The position numbers and the translations under genes are program-made. The notes under the pieces were generated by a model. The model had not been told where the DNA came from and ran no database searches. It saw only the letters and a program-made list of their open reading frames with translations. Shown here piece after piece: positions 36,910 through 48,795 of a DNA stretch of 64,000 bases. How positions within the stretch are numbered: position 1 is the first letter of the stretch; each line of letters starts with the position of its first letter. This DNA comes from Octopus sinensis (taxonomy: Eukaryota), in assembly GCF_006345805.1 (NCBI RefSeq), contig NC_042997.1:79980001-80044000 (forward strand), read 5' to 3'.

Positions 36910-37397
36910 CTAGCAGCATAGCCCGGCATTGCCCGGGTATGTAAGAGCCCCTGGAACAGACATGATGCTCGCTGTGAATTTTTAAAAAATTCCTGTCAAT
37001 TTGTGAAAGATATTGTCGAAAATATGTCATCTCGAATTTGAACGCGATTTCCCAAAATGGCATGATTTTATCGATTTTTTCTGATGGTAAGGTATTGCAT
37101 GGAAAACTAAAGTCAGAATTAAGTTTCTTAGGGTAGCATTAAGCGAAAACTACCACAGAAAATGTGTTGCAAATAAAAAGCTTAGATTCTCGACCCCATG
37201 TCGAATTTATCAATTTTTTTCAGAACTGGGGGGACTTTTCAAAATTTTCGCTGCGTTAGTTTTGAATTATGACATTGGGCTATGTGTGTGTCAAGTTTCA
37301 TCAGAATCGGTTGAAAGCCGTGGTCAGGGTGAGGGTACAACCTGACAGACACACAGACACACAGACAGACAAACTGCCGTTTATATATATAGAGAGA
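36910..37397 (-). mobile_element. Non-autonomous Helitron (488 bp)
   Basis: 5' A|TCTCTCTATATATATAAACGGCAG; 3' hairpin CCCGGGCAATGCCGGG plus CTAG|T. Confidence 0.8.
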
Positions 37398-37471
37398 TAC
37401 TTGCCGAAGTGTTGATGGGAGAACCACTAAGTGAATGTACAGTAAAGAAAAGTACAGAAAATAAATAACTA

Positions 37472-37840
37472 GGCGTAGGAGTGGTTGTGTGGTAAGTAGC
37501 TTGCTTACCAACCACATGGTTCCGGGTTCAGTTCCACTGCGTGCCACCTTGGGCAGGTGTATTCTACTATAGCCTTGTGAGTAGATTTGGTAGACGGAAA
37601 CTGAAAAGAAGCCCGTCGTATATATGTATATATGTGTTTGTCCCCCAATATCGCTTGACAACCGATGCTGGTGTGTTTACGTCCCCGTAACTTAGAGGTT
37701 CAGCAAAAGAGACCGATAGAATAAGTACTAGGCTTACAAAGAATAAGTTCTGGAGTCGACTTGCTCGATTGAAAGTGGTGCTCCAGCATGGCCGCAGTCA
37801 AATGACTGGAACAAGTAAAAGAGCAAAGAGTAAACGAGTA
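37472..37840 (+). mobile_element. tRNA-derived SINE, near full length
   Basis: GGCGTAGGAGTGGTTGTGTGGTAAG (A box), GGGTTCAGTTCC (B box), tail aagtaaaagagcaaagag. Confidence 0.9.
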
Positions 37841-38179
37841 ACTAAAAGATATCAACCGTATAAAAATTATCTACAATAATAATTTCTTACATTTCGACAG
37901 ATGTGATTATGAACAGGTAAAATTTGGTTTTCTGTTGTATCTCTAATGCAGTTCTGCAACATATGCTATACTTACTTATATAGCAGAGTTAGTAATTGGT
38001 AAAAATTTTATTTTGTATTCGTAGACAGTACCATATGGTAGAGTTTATCGTAGATTTCATGTCTCCCTCTGAACAAGAAGGATAGTCATTCATGAAACTG
38101 AACTCTGAAAGCTTAAGAAATGCTCTTCATATATATGTAATGCCAACATCTGTCTACAACTGTGAATTCTATTTCTATA

Positions 38180-38420
38180 TAGCACCTAATATACGAATAC
38201 GTCGACCGCTTCATCGAAATTCAAGTGTTTTTGCTAAAGACGCGTATGCTTTAACTATCCAAACTACTAAGTCAATGTGTGAATCTCGTTTTTGTGACTG
38301 AAGTTCGACTAAAGAATATAAGAAATTTCGAATTAGGGAACAGATCTAATCTGTTTTTGGTTCTGTAGCCGAATTGTACGTAGGAACCCGAACTCTGGTG
38401 TTGCACATAGGCTGCTCAAT
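38180..38420 (-). mobile_element. Possible decayed hAT C-terminal dimerisation domain
   Basis: Frameshifted FPN...RTSVTKTRFTH...SLAKT/LNFDEAVDVF resembles LRSTM.QERL..LA.LSI......LDFD.VID.F. Confidence 0.4.
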
Positions 38421-39399
38421 CTGCAGATGTATACTAATGCAGTGCTATGTCGTGCATGAAGGGTGTCTTTGCAAGTATATCTGATGAACTTCCCCGAGAT
38501 CTGTTGTTACGATATTGGGTCTTTAAAATGGCAAGTTTCCAACTGTTTTCAATAATCTCTTTCAAAATAATTTGAGGGATTACCCAGAAGTTTCTCCTCT
38601 TAAATTTATTATTTATGAAATGGCTGCACAAACCATGACCACCATCTAAATTTCTGACTTTGTCTTTCACTAATATTCGATGTTTTAGTTGTAATTGGTC
38701 TTCTGTTCCATCATTAATATTATAAAACCCTCCTGATATAATATGAATGGTATTAATGTCTACATTCGCAATAATTTCCCAATATCTCGCGAATCTATTC
38801 TAGCGGTGATTCAAAACCGAAGCACTAGGTAATCGGTCATACATCACGACCGAACCACAATAGTTTCTCGTGATCAGCATATTAAGCAACCAATCAGCGT
38901 CAAGCCATCGAGTGATTCAATCTTCTAGAATCTTCTTCTTGTACCCTATAGAAGGCTGCTTTTGGCGGTAATTACTGGCAGAATGTTGAGGCAGCTGAGT
39001 GATGTGTCTCCTTTCACACCAGACGGCGCGCATTTTTACCAGCCAGGTGATGCAGGAAGATAGCTTAGATAGATGACGCAGATAAATAATTGTTTCCAGG
39101 TATGTTGGGCAAGCTGTATGTTGCTGTATCAATAGTTTGCCGTATCTCTCTCCTAGCATATAATTATTGCTGTTGTTATTAGTAAAAAGCCAACGCAATT
39201 TGTCTTTATGTGCGATAATTAAATATTTTGTGAAATGTTCGCGGGCATTGGTCAGTTACTTGTACACACAGATCAAGAAGCATATTTTCATTCATCAACT
39301 CAACCAGCCACCACCTCAAGCCAGCCAGTCAACAACCACCAGGGTGCGACATTATATTTGAGTCTTCTAATCATTCGCTTTGGCTCTCCTACGCTGTAC

Positions 39400-40430
39400 C
39401 AACCATCGCCTTTTTCCTTGCTTTATCTTTCTCTGTCTTCTCACAATCACACTCTTATTGATGTTGCATCAAATAAAACTGGCCAAGTCTTTTCTTGTTG
39501 CCCACTAATTTAGAACTTAGTGATTTCAATATTCCTCATCTTAATTGGCTAATTTCTAAAAGTCATTGATTATACTGAAACCTATGTCTTCTATATTTCT
39601 CTATCGCAATCTCTTTCCCAGATAATCAACTTCTCTACTCGTTATCCAGACCACGACAACTATGACCCCTGTCTCCTTAATCTTTGCCTCGAGTCTGATC
39701 CTAGCATTTATCCTATCGTTTCTTCTACTCCACACGGTAACTCTGATCACATTGCAGTTTCTCTGGGCGATCTTTTAACTTCTCTTAGCAACGAGCATCT
39801 AGCTCATCGTAACTTAACTATCAACAAAATGTTCTTTATGATTCTTTGGGGATAATTTCTTTTTTCTTACTGCTAATGCTTGTGCCTGTGAAGTTGTATC
39901 CTGAATTGAAGCTGGTATTATTACTTTCATTTCTCATTAGTGATACTTAGTTAAGCCATATTCCTCCTGTTTATATCCTTTCCATTGCTTATAGAAACCA
40001 CTTTTCCATTTTTATCAAGACAACTCTTTAGAAAATACGCGTCTTTTCTCATTGGCTACGAAGCGCTGCAAGAAAGATTTTGTCGACACTAAATGTCAGT
40101 TATATGGAACTGACTAATTCCTGTATTGCTTCTCAGAAGCTGGACTCTCGGGACTTTAGGAAAATCTATAATAATGTATCAAATAATGGTAAATCTAGCG
40201 TTGCACTTCTTTTCAATGGTTACGAGGAACTAACTTCTAAAGATAACGCAAACTTGCTTACTTAGGTATTTTCCAATGATCTTACCCTTAATTCAGACTT
40301 GCCTTCTCACTGTAATACTCCTTTATTTGACTTGTGTTTAACTTCTAAATGTGAGGCCAAGTTCATTTCTAACCGCGATAACCATACGACTTCTGGTCCT
40401 GATAATACTCATGCCATTGTGCTCCCTTAA
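39400..40430 (+). mobile_element. Decayed CR1/Jockey-group LINE ORF2 (endonuclease and linker)
   Basis: Frameshifted pieces SDFNIPHLNWL, QIINFSTRYPD...SDPSIY...GNSDH, IASQKLDSRDFRKIYNNVSNNGKS, SGPDN...IVL. Confidence 0.7.
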
Positions 40431-40582
40431 GTGCTTCTTTAAGCTTCCTTCATATGATCCAAATGAAATTTGATCTTGTCTTGAAAGCCAACTGGTGAAA
40501 GTAATGGACCTGTTTCAAAAACATTAAACTTTCTCTATATTATATTCAGTTGGCAAAATCTTGAAGTGGTTTTTATATAAGT

Positions 40583-40583
40583 A

Positions 40584-40670
<87 letters not shown>

Positions 40671-40690
40671 ATGTATGTATGTGTGTATGT
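40583..40690. repeat. (GT)n followed by (GTAT)n
   Basis: Direct inspection. Confidence 0.97.
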
Positions 40691-40891
40691 AAACGTTATC
40701 AATACCATATACTTAACGTACGTATGTTGTTTAAACGCCAGAAGCTGTGGTTTTTCCTCCGCAAAAAGTTCTTTAAAGACGTATAGTGTTATTAAAAACC
40801 AATATACTTCAGAGCTAAGCGAAACGGAATCGTCCCAGAAGTGATCAAGAAAGCAACAGACAGGTATTTCGTCGTAATTTCAGTGTATGTG

Positions 40892-40932
<41 letters not shown>

Positions 40933-41136
40933 CGCGCGTGTGTATGTGTTTGAGAAAAAGAGAGAGATAATGAATACTAACAATATGTTAAGAGAAACTA
41001 TTTCTCCCGTTATTTCATACACACGAGTCGCTCCATGTCTTGCTAACCGAGTAGAATATGCTTCGTTGTGAAGGTCTAATAATACAGAAACATATCTAGT
41101 TGACTTTGTAGACAAGATCCACTCCAGTATGTATTA

Positions 41137-41369
41137 CTCTCTTTTTCTCTTTTACTTGTTTCAGTCATTTGACTGCGGCCATGCTGGAGCACCGCCTTTA
41201 GTCGAGCAAATCGACCCCGGGACTTATTCTTTGTAAGCCCAGTACTTATTCTATCGGTCTCTTTTGCCGAACCGCTATGTGACGGGGACGTAAACACACC
41301 AGCATCAGTTGTCAAGCAATGCTAGGGCGACAAACACAGACACACACACACAAACACACACACATACAT

Positions 41370-41414
<45 letters not shown>

Positions 41415-41579
41415 TACGACAGGCTTCTTTCAGTTTCCGTCTACCAAATCCACTCACAAGGCATTGGTCGGCCCGGGGCTATAGCAGAAGACACTTGCCC
41501 AAGATGCCACGCAGTGGGACTGAACCCGGAACCATGTGGTTGGTTAGCAAGCTACTTACCACACAGCCACTCCTGCGCC
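41137..41579 (-). mobile_element. tRNA-derived SINE, near full length
   Basis: Reverse complement of the 37472 copy with an internal (CA)/(TA) expansion. Confidence 0.9.
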
Positions 41580-43190
41580 TAATATTGTCAACATTTTTCA
41601 AAAATATCTGGTCTCAAAATTACTGTCAGTTTTTCTACTCACTACGCTACAAGTATGAGACACCATCGCATTAGTATGTTAATCTGGTCAAAAAATTTAA
41701 GGGTTAGAGCCAGTTAAATCGACACCACTTGGTAGTAGTTATTTTATGGAACCAAGAAAGATAAAAGATACAGTAAATTCTTGGCAGGGCTTCCTGAACT
41801 TAACTAACTATTGTAAAGCTCATTGTCCGATACATTACTGATTATTTTAATCACAGCTTTTCAATATATCATAATAATGATTTTTAACATAGTATAAGAC
41901 CTCTTGTTTTGAAATAGAGACAGTTACATTGACTCTTGTATTTGACTGATATTTATTTTGTCGACACCAGAAGAATTAACGATTGCGTTAACCTTGTTGG
42001 TATGCGAACTCATAATATAAAAGGAGATAACTAAATACTGTGATATTTTTTGTCCAAGGATCTAGTGATTCTGCCAAACTCTAACATAGTTTATAAGCTC
42101 ACATTTTATTTGTTCTCCTTTATGACCAGATGCTACATAAATTTGCACAAAGGAATATGAAACAAATAAAATAAATAAGTAAGCTGTTTTAAAGAGGAGA
42201 GAGAAATATTGGCAAAAAGCTTTTTTCAGTGGAGATGTTGTTAGGCAGTGCTATATTGTGCCTTTTAGTTAATGATATCCAAATATTGATTCCTCCTCAC
42301 AAGGCACTATCTTCATAGGATTTATTGAGTGTGTGATGTTCAATGTTTACTTTATGGCACTAATAAAATAAATTTTTAAAAATTGAGTTTTTTCCAGAGA
42401 AAAAGAGAGTTGGGGAGAGAGAGAACAGTAATCATCGGCAGGTTACTATCTATCATTTTCTTTACTTAAAAACCGAAAAATATTGTTGCTAATTCTCTGA
42501 GTATTTTCTCTCTTTCTATAAACGTCGATTTATATTTACATTTAGCTATTTTACTAGGACGAGTGCCAAGTTCCTTATCCATTCTGTCATTGGCTTACTA
42601 CTAACAACTTGGTATTGTGTAATCTTAGATAAAATAACCCATCTCTTCAAGCTATATCGTTAGGAAGTGTTGGACACTGTTGCACACTAACGAACCACTC
42701 TTCAAATTGACATTATTGCCTTTGCTCGACTTGTCCGTTCTTGCTATACTTATTTTCAAATAGATGAGATGGGCTGTTGAAAGTTAAATGTTTTGATCAT
42801 GGATTCAAAGTTTCAACTGAGAATTTTACAAGATGTGCTAGTCAACAGAATGTCAATATGTCAGCCGAACAATTGCGATTCGTATTTAGATACATGACCA
42901 TGACCCTTAAAAGGCCTGATCCAACGAGCTGAAAGAGGTATTATGAACCTATGAAGAATAATGTAGAATAGGGATTAGCTCGAAGTGAATCCTGTGTTTC
43001 GCTGTTTCGATTTTCGGCTAGTTCTCTCTAGTTATGTCGCTTACACACTGGGGAAAGGGACGAACTCATAGACTTCCTTTATCCCTATGTACAATTAAAT
43101 ATTATAAAATATTAATTTCTTAATTAAGAGCTGTCACAAATTTATAGATGAAGGCATTAGCATTGTAAATGAAGCAACCTCAGTATCTAA

Positions 43191-44924
43191 AGATGGTTGT
43201 TTGTGTCATGGTTGTGGAGCCATCTAAATATGACTCTACTCAGAAGACTGTAATGTCATTTGATAAGAACACGGTACAAAGAAATACATAGAACAAGGCT
43301 GTAACCATAAATACCTTTAATGTCGGCCTCACAGATACAGAAGCCACCGCCTTAAACCGGAAGTGGTCGATTAAGAGTAAGGTAGGCGGAGTACGTGTGC
43401 ACTAGGAGGGCACAGAAGAATAAAACATAGCAAAACAGTTGTATGAACAATTGAAAAAATACAATGCAAGTATGTACAAGGAAAAACATTCAGCAAAGAA
43501 AGGCGTCCAATCAAATAGAACAAAATATATATGTACAATGATACAGAAAGAGAGAAAATATGAATGCGGTGTCTATAACAACATAAGCTTATTCTCCGGA
43601 ACAGTCACTGACGAGGTAAAGTTAAAAAATGTAAACAGTCTGAGACAATTTCTTCGGCCAATGGACCGATCTGCCAGAACGTAGGGTGAAAAATGCGTTT
43701 GTGTAGTTGGTGTTTTGGTGAGTGGAGGTGGTGTTTGTGGGGGTGGGAGTGTTTGTGAAATGATGGGTGTGTCAGCAAGTGGCATGAATGTTTCGGAAAG
43801 GCTCTTTTTACTTTGTGAATGTCCACAGTGAACAGTTTCGGTGTGCTTCTAAGAACGCGATAGGGTCCTGTGTAGGGAGGTGTGAGCGATCCTTTGACGG
43901 CATCATTTCTTACAAACACGTGAGTCCAAGTAGAAATATCCAGAGGTACTGTAGAAGAAATAGACTAGTCGCGAGGAAGCATTGGTGGCAGGTCAGGAAA
44001 GAATGATTTGAGTTGCGTGACGTAAAATGTGGGGTCCGCATTCTCTAAGATGTGGGGTCCGCATTCGCTAAGATGTGGAGTCCGCATTCGCTAAGATGTG
44101 GGGTCCGCATTCGCTAAGTTTTGTCCCGAAAGTGCTAAGGTGGTGCCGTAGAGGAGCTCAGCGGAAGAGTAGCCTAAATCCTCCTTGACAGCTGAGCGGC
44201 ATCCCAGCAGAACAGTGGGGAGAAACTCGGACCAACGAGTAGCAGAGGATGAAATAGAAGTCCTTGCTAAAAGATAAAGAACAAAACATGAACAACACAT
44301 AGATAATCCGGGTAGGGTTGAGAGAGAGAAACTCATACCTGGCACGTAGGAAAAATTGTCCGTGTGAATTCTAGATAATTTAAGTTTTTCTTTTTTTTTT
44401 TACATTCAAATAGAAAATACTCCTGGGGCGCTGTGTCTTCGAAGGACCAAGTTGTAAATTCATTTACAACACAAGGAAAAAGTGGTGTGCAGTTGCCCGC
44501 ATGAGAATGGCACCAAAATTTTCTGGTGAAGAAGACAATATGGTGACGAGAGAGATCAGTGGTATGTTCCTATACAATGAATGGCGGCCTGGTCGCGTAG
44601 ACGAAGTCACGAAGGAGAAAAAGGAATACGTATCCACTGGTCAGAATTCGTCCGGGGTTCACCATTTTAGAAGGAATTGTGGTGTGTGCTGCGTCGGCTC
44701 ACCGTTTAAGATAGTCTGTGTTCCACGTTGGGTCACCATATTAGATAGTATAATGGTCTAGAACGTCAGGGTCACCATTTTAGATGGTTGTTTGTATCAT
44801 GGTTATGGAGCCATCTAAATATGACTTTACTCAGAAGGCTGTAATGTCATTTGATAGGAACACGGTACAAAGATATACATAGAACAAGGCTGTAACCTTA
44901 AATACCTTTAATGTTGGCCTCACA
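43191..44924 (-). mobile_element. Ty3/Gypsy LTR retrotransposon remnant, CsRn1-like
   Basis: 143-bp direct repeats 43191-43333 and 44782-44924; PBS TGGTGACCCTGACGT (44763-44777) resembling the complement of the tRNA-Trp 3' end; integrase fragments WSEFLPTVLLGCRSAVKEDLGYSSAELLYG and FVRNDAVKGSLTPPYTGPYRVL (GPY/F). Confidence 0.88.
44027..44118. repeat. 4 x 23-bp tandem repeat inside the integrase remnant
   Basis: ATGTGGGGTCCGCATTCGCTAAG at 44027, 44050, 44073 and 44096; head-to-tail with no spacers. Confidence 0.97.
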
Positions 44925-45429
44925 TATATATACAAGCTGAATGATAAATGGAAATGGTTTGATGCGTGGAGGCTATGATCTCCTGTGCGTTGCCTCCTGT
45001 CTGCTAGTTGCTGCGTGTCGTAAGAGAGCCAGTTAGGTCACGTCTTCACAGTCTGGCATCTCGATGCAAAAAGAGAAAGTCACAAGGCCTCGAATCAGAA
45101 TCTCACCGCTGCTTGCGCCGTTTATCGCAAGCTTGTTTAAACCTGCTGTCTAAGCAGGTAACTGCGCCTACACACTCTAAATTCTCTGCTCTTATCATAA
45201 AATGTGATTATTAGTGACTCCCGCCGATGCTTAATTCCTTTTACTTGCCTCAAGAGGCAATAAGTAGATACCAGTAATATATTAAGCATCTATTCGACAG
45301 ACTATACTTCTCTACAAAGAATGTCGGATTGTCATATAATTTGTTAAAAGTAACAACGGAGTATTTGCAGATTGAGCACACATAAAATACATAAAAACCA
45401 ATATATGAGCAGCACCAACGTGGGATCTT

Positions 45430-45860
45430 TTTCGCGAAAGGTTCCCAAACTATGGTAAATTTACGCGAAGGGGGTTAATTTGTTGATTCTGGATTTAATT
45501 CAATTTAATTTTTTAAAATCTGAAGAACATTTTGGGATACCATGAGCATCAATAAATCGCAAGGGCAAACATTTTTGGTTGACGGTTGACACCTCAAAGA
45601 GCCTTGTTTCACTCATGGCCACCTTTACATTGGACGTTCAAGAGTAGGAGTAAGAAAAATCTTTGCATCTATGCACCAAATAGAAAAACAAAAATGTTCT
45701 TTTATCGAGACATTATAAATTACCTCAAATAATACAAAAATTTTACCTGCTCAAGAGGCTTATCCGTCGGCGAAGACATCATGGCTTAGAATTTTTAAAA
45801 AATTGCAATAAAAATTGCAATTGTGAAAATTGTCTAGCAGCGACGGGCTACTCAGCCAGG
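45430..45860 (+). mobile_element. Helitron helicase C-terminal fragment and 3' end
   Basis: MSINKSQGQTF...HLKEPCFTHGHLYIGRSRVG (PIF1-type motifs); decayed 3' end gcagcgacgggctactcagccag. Confidence 0.8.
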
Positions 45861-45879
45861 GTGTGTGTGTGTTTGTGTA

Positions 45880-45935
45880 GATAGATTGATAGATAGATAG
45901 ACAAATAAATTGATTGATAGATTGATAGATAAATT

Positions 45936-46028
<93 letters not shown>
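45880..46028. repeat. (AGAT)n/(AGAC)n tetranucleotide array; reverse-orientation (ATCT)n array at about 46765-46820
   Basis: Direct inspection. Confidence 0.95.
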
Positions 46029-46099
46029 AATGGGAGAAATACATATATATGTGTGTACATATTGCATGTGTGTGTGTGTGTGGTTATGTATACTCGCAT

Positions 46100-46522
46100 G
46101 TCCGACACTCGCACCCCAAAACAGCTCTTCTACGGTGAACTCAGCCAGGGCAAACGCAAAGTCGGAGGGCAGAAGAAGCGCTTCAAGGACAGTCTCAAGG
46201 TCTCTCTCAAAGACTTCTCCATCGGCACAGAGACTTGGGAGACACTTGCTGCCGACCGCTCATCCTGGCGCTTCGCAATCACCACAGGAGCAGGGACAGC
46301 CGAGGAGGGACGGATTCGGTCAGCAGAGCAGAAACGCCAGATGCGGAAAGCCAGAGCCGCCTGCACCAGTAGCACGGCCCCTACCCACTTCTGCCCCACC
46401 TGTGGGAGGGGCTTCCTTGCCCGGATTGGCCTCACCAGCCACCTCCGGTCTCATAGCAGCAGTTCCACCAGATGATGTCAGTGGTCATCTTCGAACCCGA
46501 AGGAAGAACATTATTATTATTA
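46100..46522 (+). mobile_element. Young 5'-truncated RTE-clade LINE with 16-bp target site duplication
   Basis: Uninterrupted C-terminal frame PKQLFYGEL...RFKDSLK...CPTCGRGFLARIGLTSHLRSH; (ATT)n tail; TSD TTATGTATACTCGCAT at 46084-46099 and 46523-46538. Confidence 0.95.
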
Positions 46523-46764
46523 TTATGTATACTCGCATTTATTTATGTACGTATGCGAACATGCATTTGTTCAAGTGTATATCTATGCATAGGGATATGC
46601 ATGTGTGTGTATAAATATGAATGTACTTGCGTACAAATATTGTTTTGCGTGTAACTGGATATGTGCTTGCGAGTGTATGTTTGTGTCATCTATGTCTGTA
46701 AGTATACATACATACAGTCGCATGCACATATCCAGTTACATGCAAAACATATCAATATCCATCC

Positions 46765-46822
<58 letters not shown>

Positions 46823-46827
46823 ATATA

Positions 46828-46891
<64 letters not shown>

Positions 46892-47009
46892 CAATTAAGG
46901 AACGGCCATAATAGGCCATTCACCCACTAGAAATAACAGCCAAAGCTTCTACCGCAAATAAAGATTAATTCCGTAAACAGGAGAAAATTAAAAAAACATT
47001 TACCCTGTA

Positions 47010-47116
47010 ATTTCTTGTACGGTATACCGTTTCATCCGCTGTTTAATGGTATACTAACCTGATTAAATTAAATCAAGCCAATCTTCCATAAGCCCTCGGA
47101 TTCTTCAGCAAGAAAT
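47010..47116 (-). ncRNA. Type I hammerhead ribozyme, apparently intact
   Basis: Minus strand: stem I ATTTCTTG/CAAGAAAT (8 bp), core CTGAAGA, stem II ATCCG/CGGAT with 58-nt loop, GAA, stem III palindrome ACGGTATACCGT, cleavage triplet GUA. Confidence 0.8.
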
Positions 47117-47929
47117 AGCTCAAGACGGAACAGATATATACACGAGGCATACCCAATCTTGCCAAGTCAATATCTGACCTAAAATTTTCAAATCGTCGCA
47201 CTCGCGCCAAATTTATCGGCAGCAAATAAATATCAGCCGTCGATTCCATTACGGAATTAACCAAAAAATTCATAATTAATCAATATAGGGTGGCACCCTA
47301 TATTGATTAATTATATATATATATATAATATATTATATATATATATATAGCTATATATATTAAAATTAAGGATAAAATCTGTATTAGATTTTATCAAGTA
47401 GTTAGCATTAAATTGGTGTATGTGTGTGTGTGTGTGAAGTGTGTGTTTCAAGGTGTAACCATTACAGGGCACACCCTAACAGAGTGTAAAATTAAACACG
47501 AGATAATTCATATTTGACCGAAATCTGACCTGTCTCGAATCTTGTTAATTAAAAATTGAAAGCAAGTACGACATTCTATTCGTTTCAGTGCAAAACTCCA
47601 CGCCCAAACAAGCACCATCATTGGGTGTCTCAAACAGTACTGGATATATGTCATTTAAATACGAGACCAAAATGCACTCCCGAAATCACTATAAACTCTT
47701 AAACAAAATTGGTTGAACTATTTTATTTGATCTCACAATTCGTGAAAAACTTCTTCAAGAGAAAATTACTTTTCCTATAAATGTTGTTCTCATTTTTAGT
47801 TATATTTAATAATTTAAAAAATTTTTTTCATATATTTTTATGTATCTTTAGAGGGAATTTGTAAAACTGCCATTTGGTTTTCTGAGATACCCAAGCAGAT
47901 CTAATCGATGTGTATATAAGAAATTTCGA

Positions 47930-48787
47930 GAACATAACATCAATTGCCTCGGATGCGTCTGTTAGTCTTGGGAGACTATAGCTCTGCGCTTGGAAGGTCT
48001 TACTTCGGTTTTGTTGGCAGGGCAGCATCTGCTTTGACTAGTTCCGTGTGCAGTGATTGCGTTTGAAGGCGCTGTCTGCTAATCTTGGCTTGGTGCTGCT
48101 TTTCCATCGATTTTACTTTTCTTTATTATCAAGCCCCAACCTCACCCCTCGTCTATTTGAACCACCCTCCAGTGGGATCTTTCCATTAGACATGCGATGC
48201 ACATGACCCAATCATCGGAAGTGTCGTATTGCAATGGAAAGAAGAAACCGTCAGTCCACTTGATGTTCACAATCTGTTTCAGGCTGCAGGGTTGATGGCA
48301 TTGAAATGCTGCTCTTGTCTGAAGTAGATGCTTAAGATTTCACTACCAGAAAATAATGTGCTGAGGACGTAAACTCTGTAGACTGCAGTAGTCTTGATAT
48401 ATGGTTTTAGCTTAGTGTTCTCAGTTTTGGTTGTCAACCTATAGGTCTATCGATTTCAGACTTTAGAAAGAGATTTCCATGATAGTGGAGCCGAAATATA
48501 TTCTGGGATTTACTTTGGAAGTGTCAGGGACAAACAGTCCATGGAGTGTGAAAAGCTCAAATAATTGCTGTCATTTGGCATTTATACTGCTAATACCATA
48601 CCTCCCAAGTAGTTTGACCAAGAGTCGTGGACTGTTACCTATTCTAGTGTTGAAGTCACCAAGTAATCGTAGCAGTTCCTGGTTTGGAATTTCCTGAATT
48701 GTCCTTGAAAGTTGGTCTTAAAATTCACCATTTATATCTTGTGTAATAGAGTAGAGGGCCGGTGCATAGACACCAGCAAGTTCGAAA
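47930..48787 (-). mobile_element. Old RTE LINE remnant, 3' part (endonuclease end and RT C-terminus, internally deleted)
   Basis: GVYAPA...QELLRLLGDFNTRIG (APE endonuclease) and TTAVYRVYVLSTLFSGSE (RTE RT C-terminus). Confidence 0.75.
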
Positions 48788-48795
48788 GACCTATT

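Noticed and set aside
36339-37560. tRNA-like A/B box sequences
   Set aside because: They are heads of SINE copies followed by SINE body and tail; no complete cloverleaf.
42558-42611. AG/GT-bounded open 54-nt segment (DECQVPYPFCHWLTTNNL or TSAKFLIHSVIGLLLTT)
   Set aside because: No recognisable homology or partner exons; expected by chance.
44027-44118. CRISPR-like 23-bp repeats
   Set aside because: Units are head-to-tail with no spacers, lie inside a Gypsy integrase remnant, and the DNA is eukaryotic with no cas genes.
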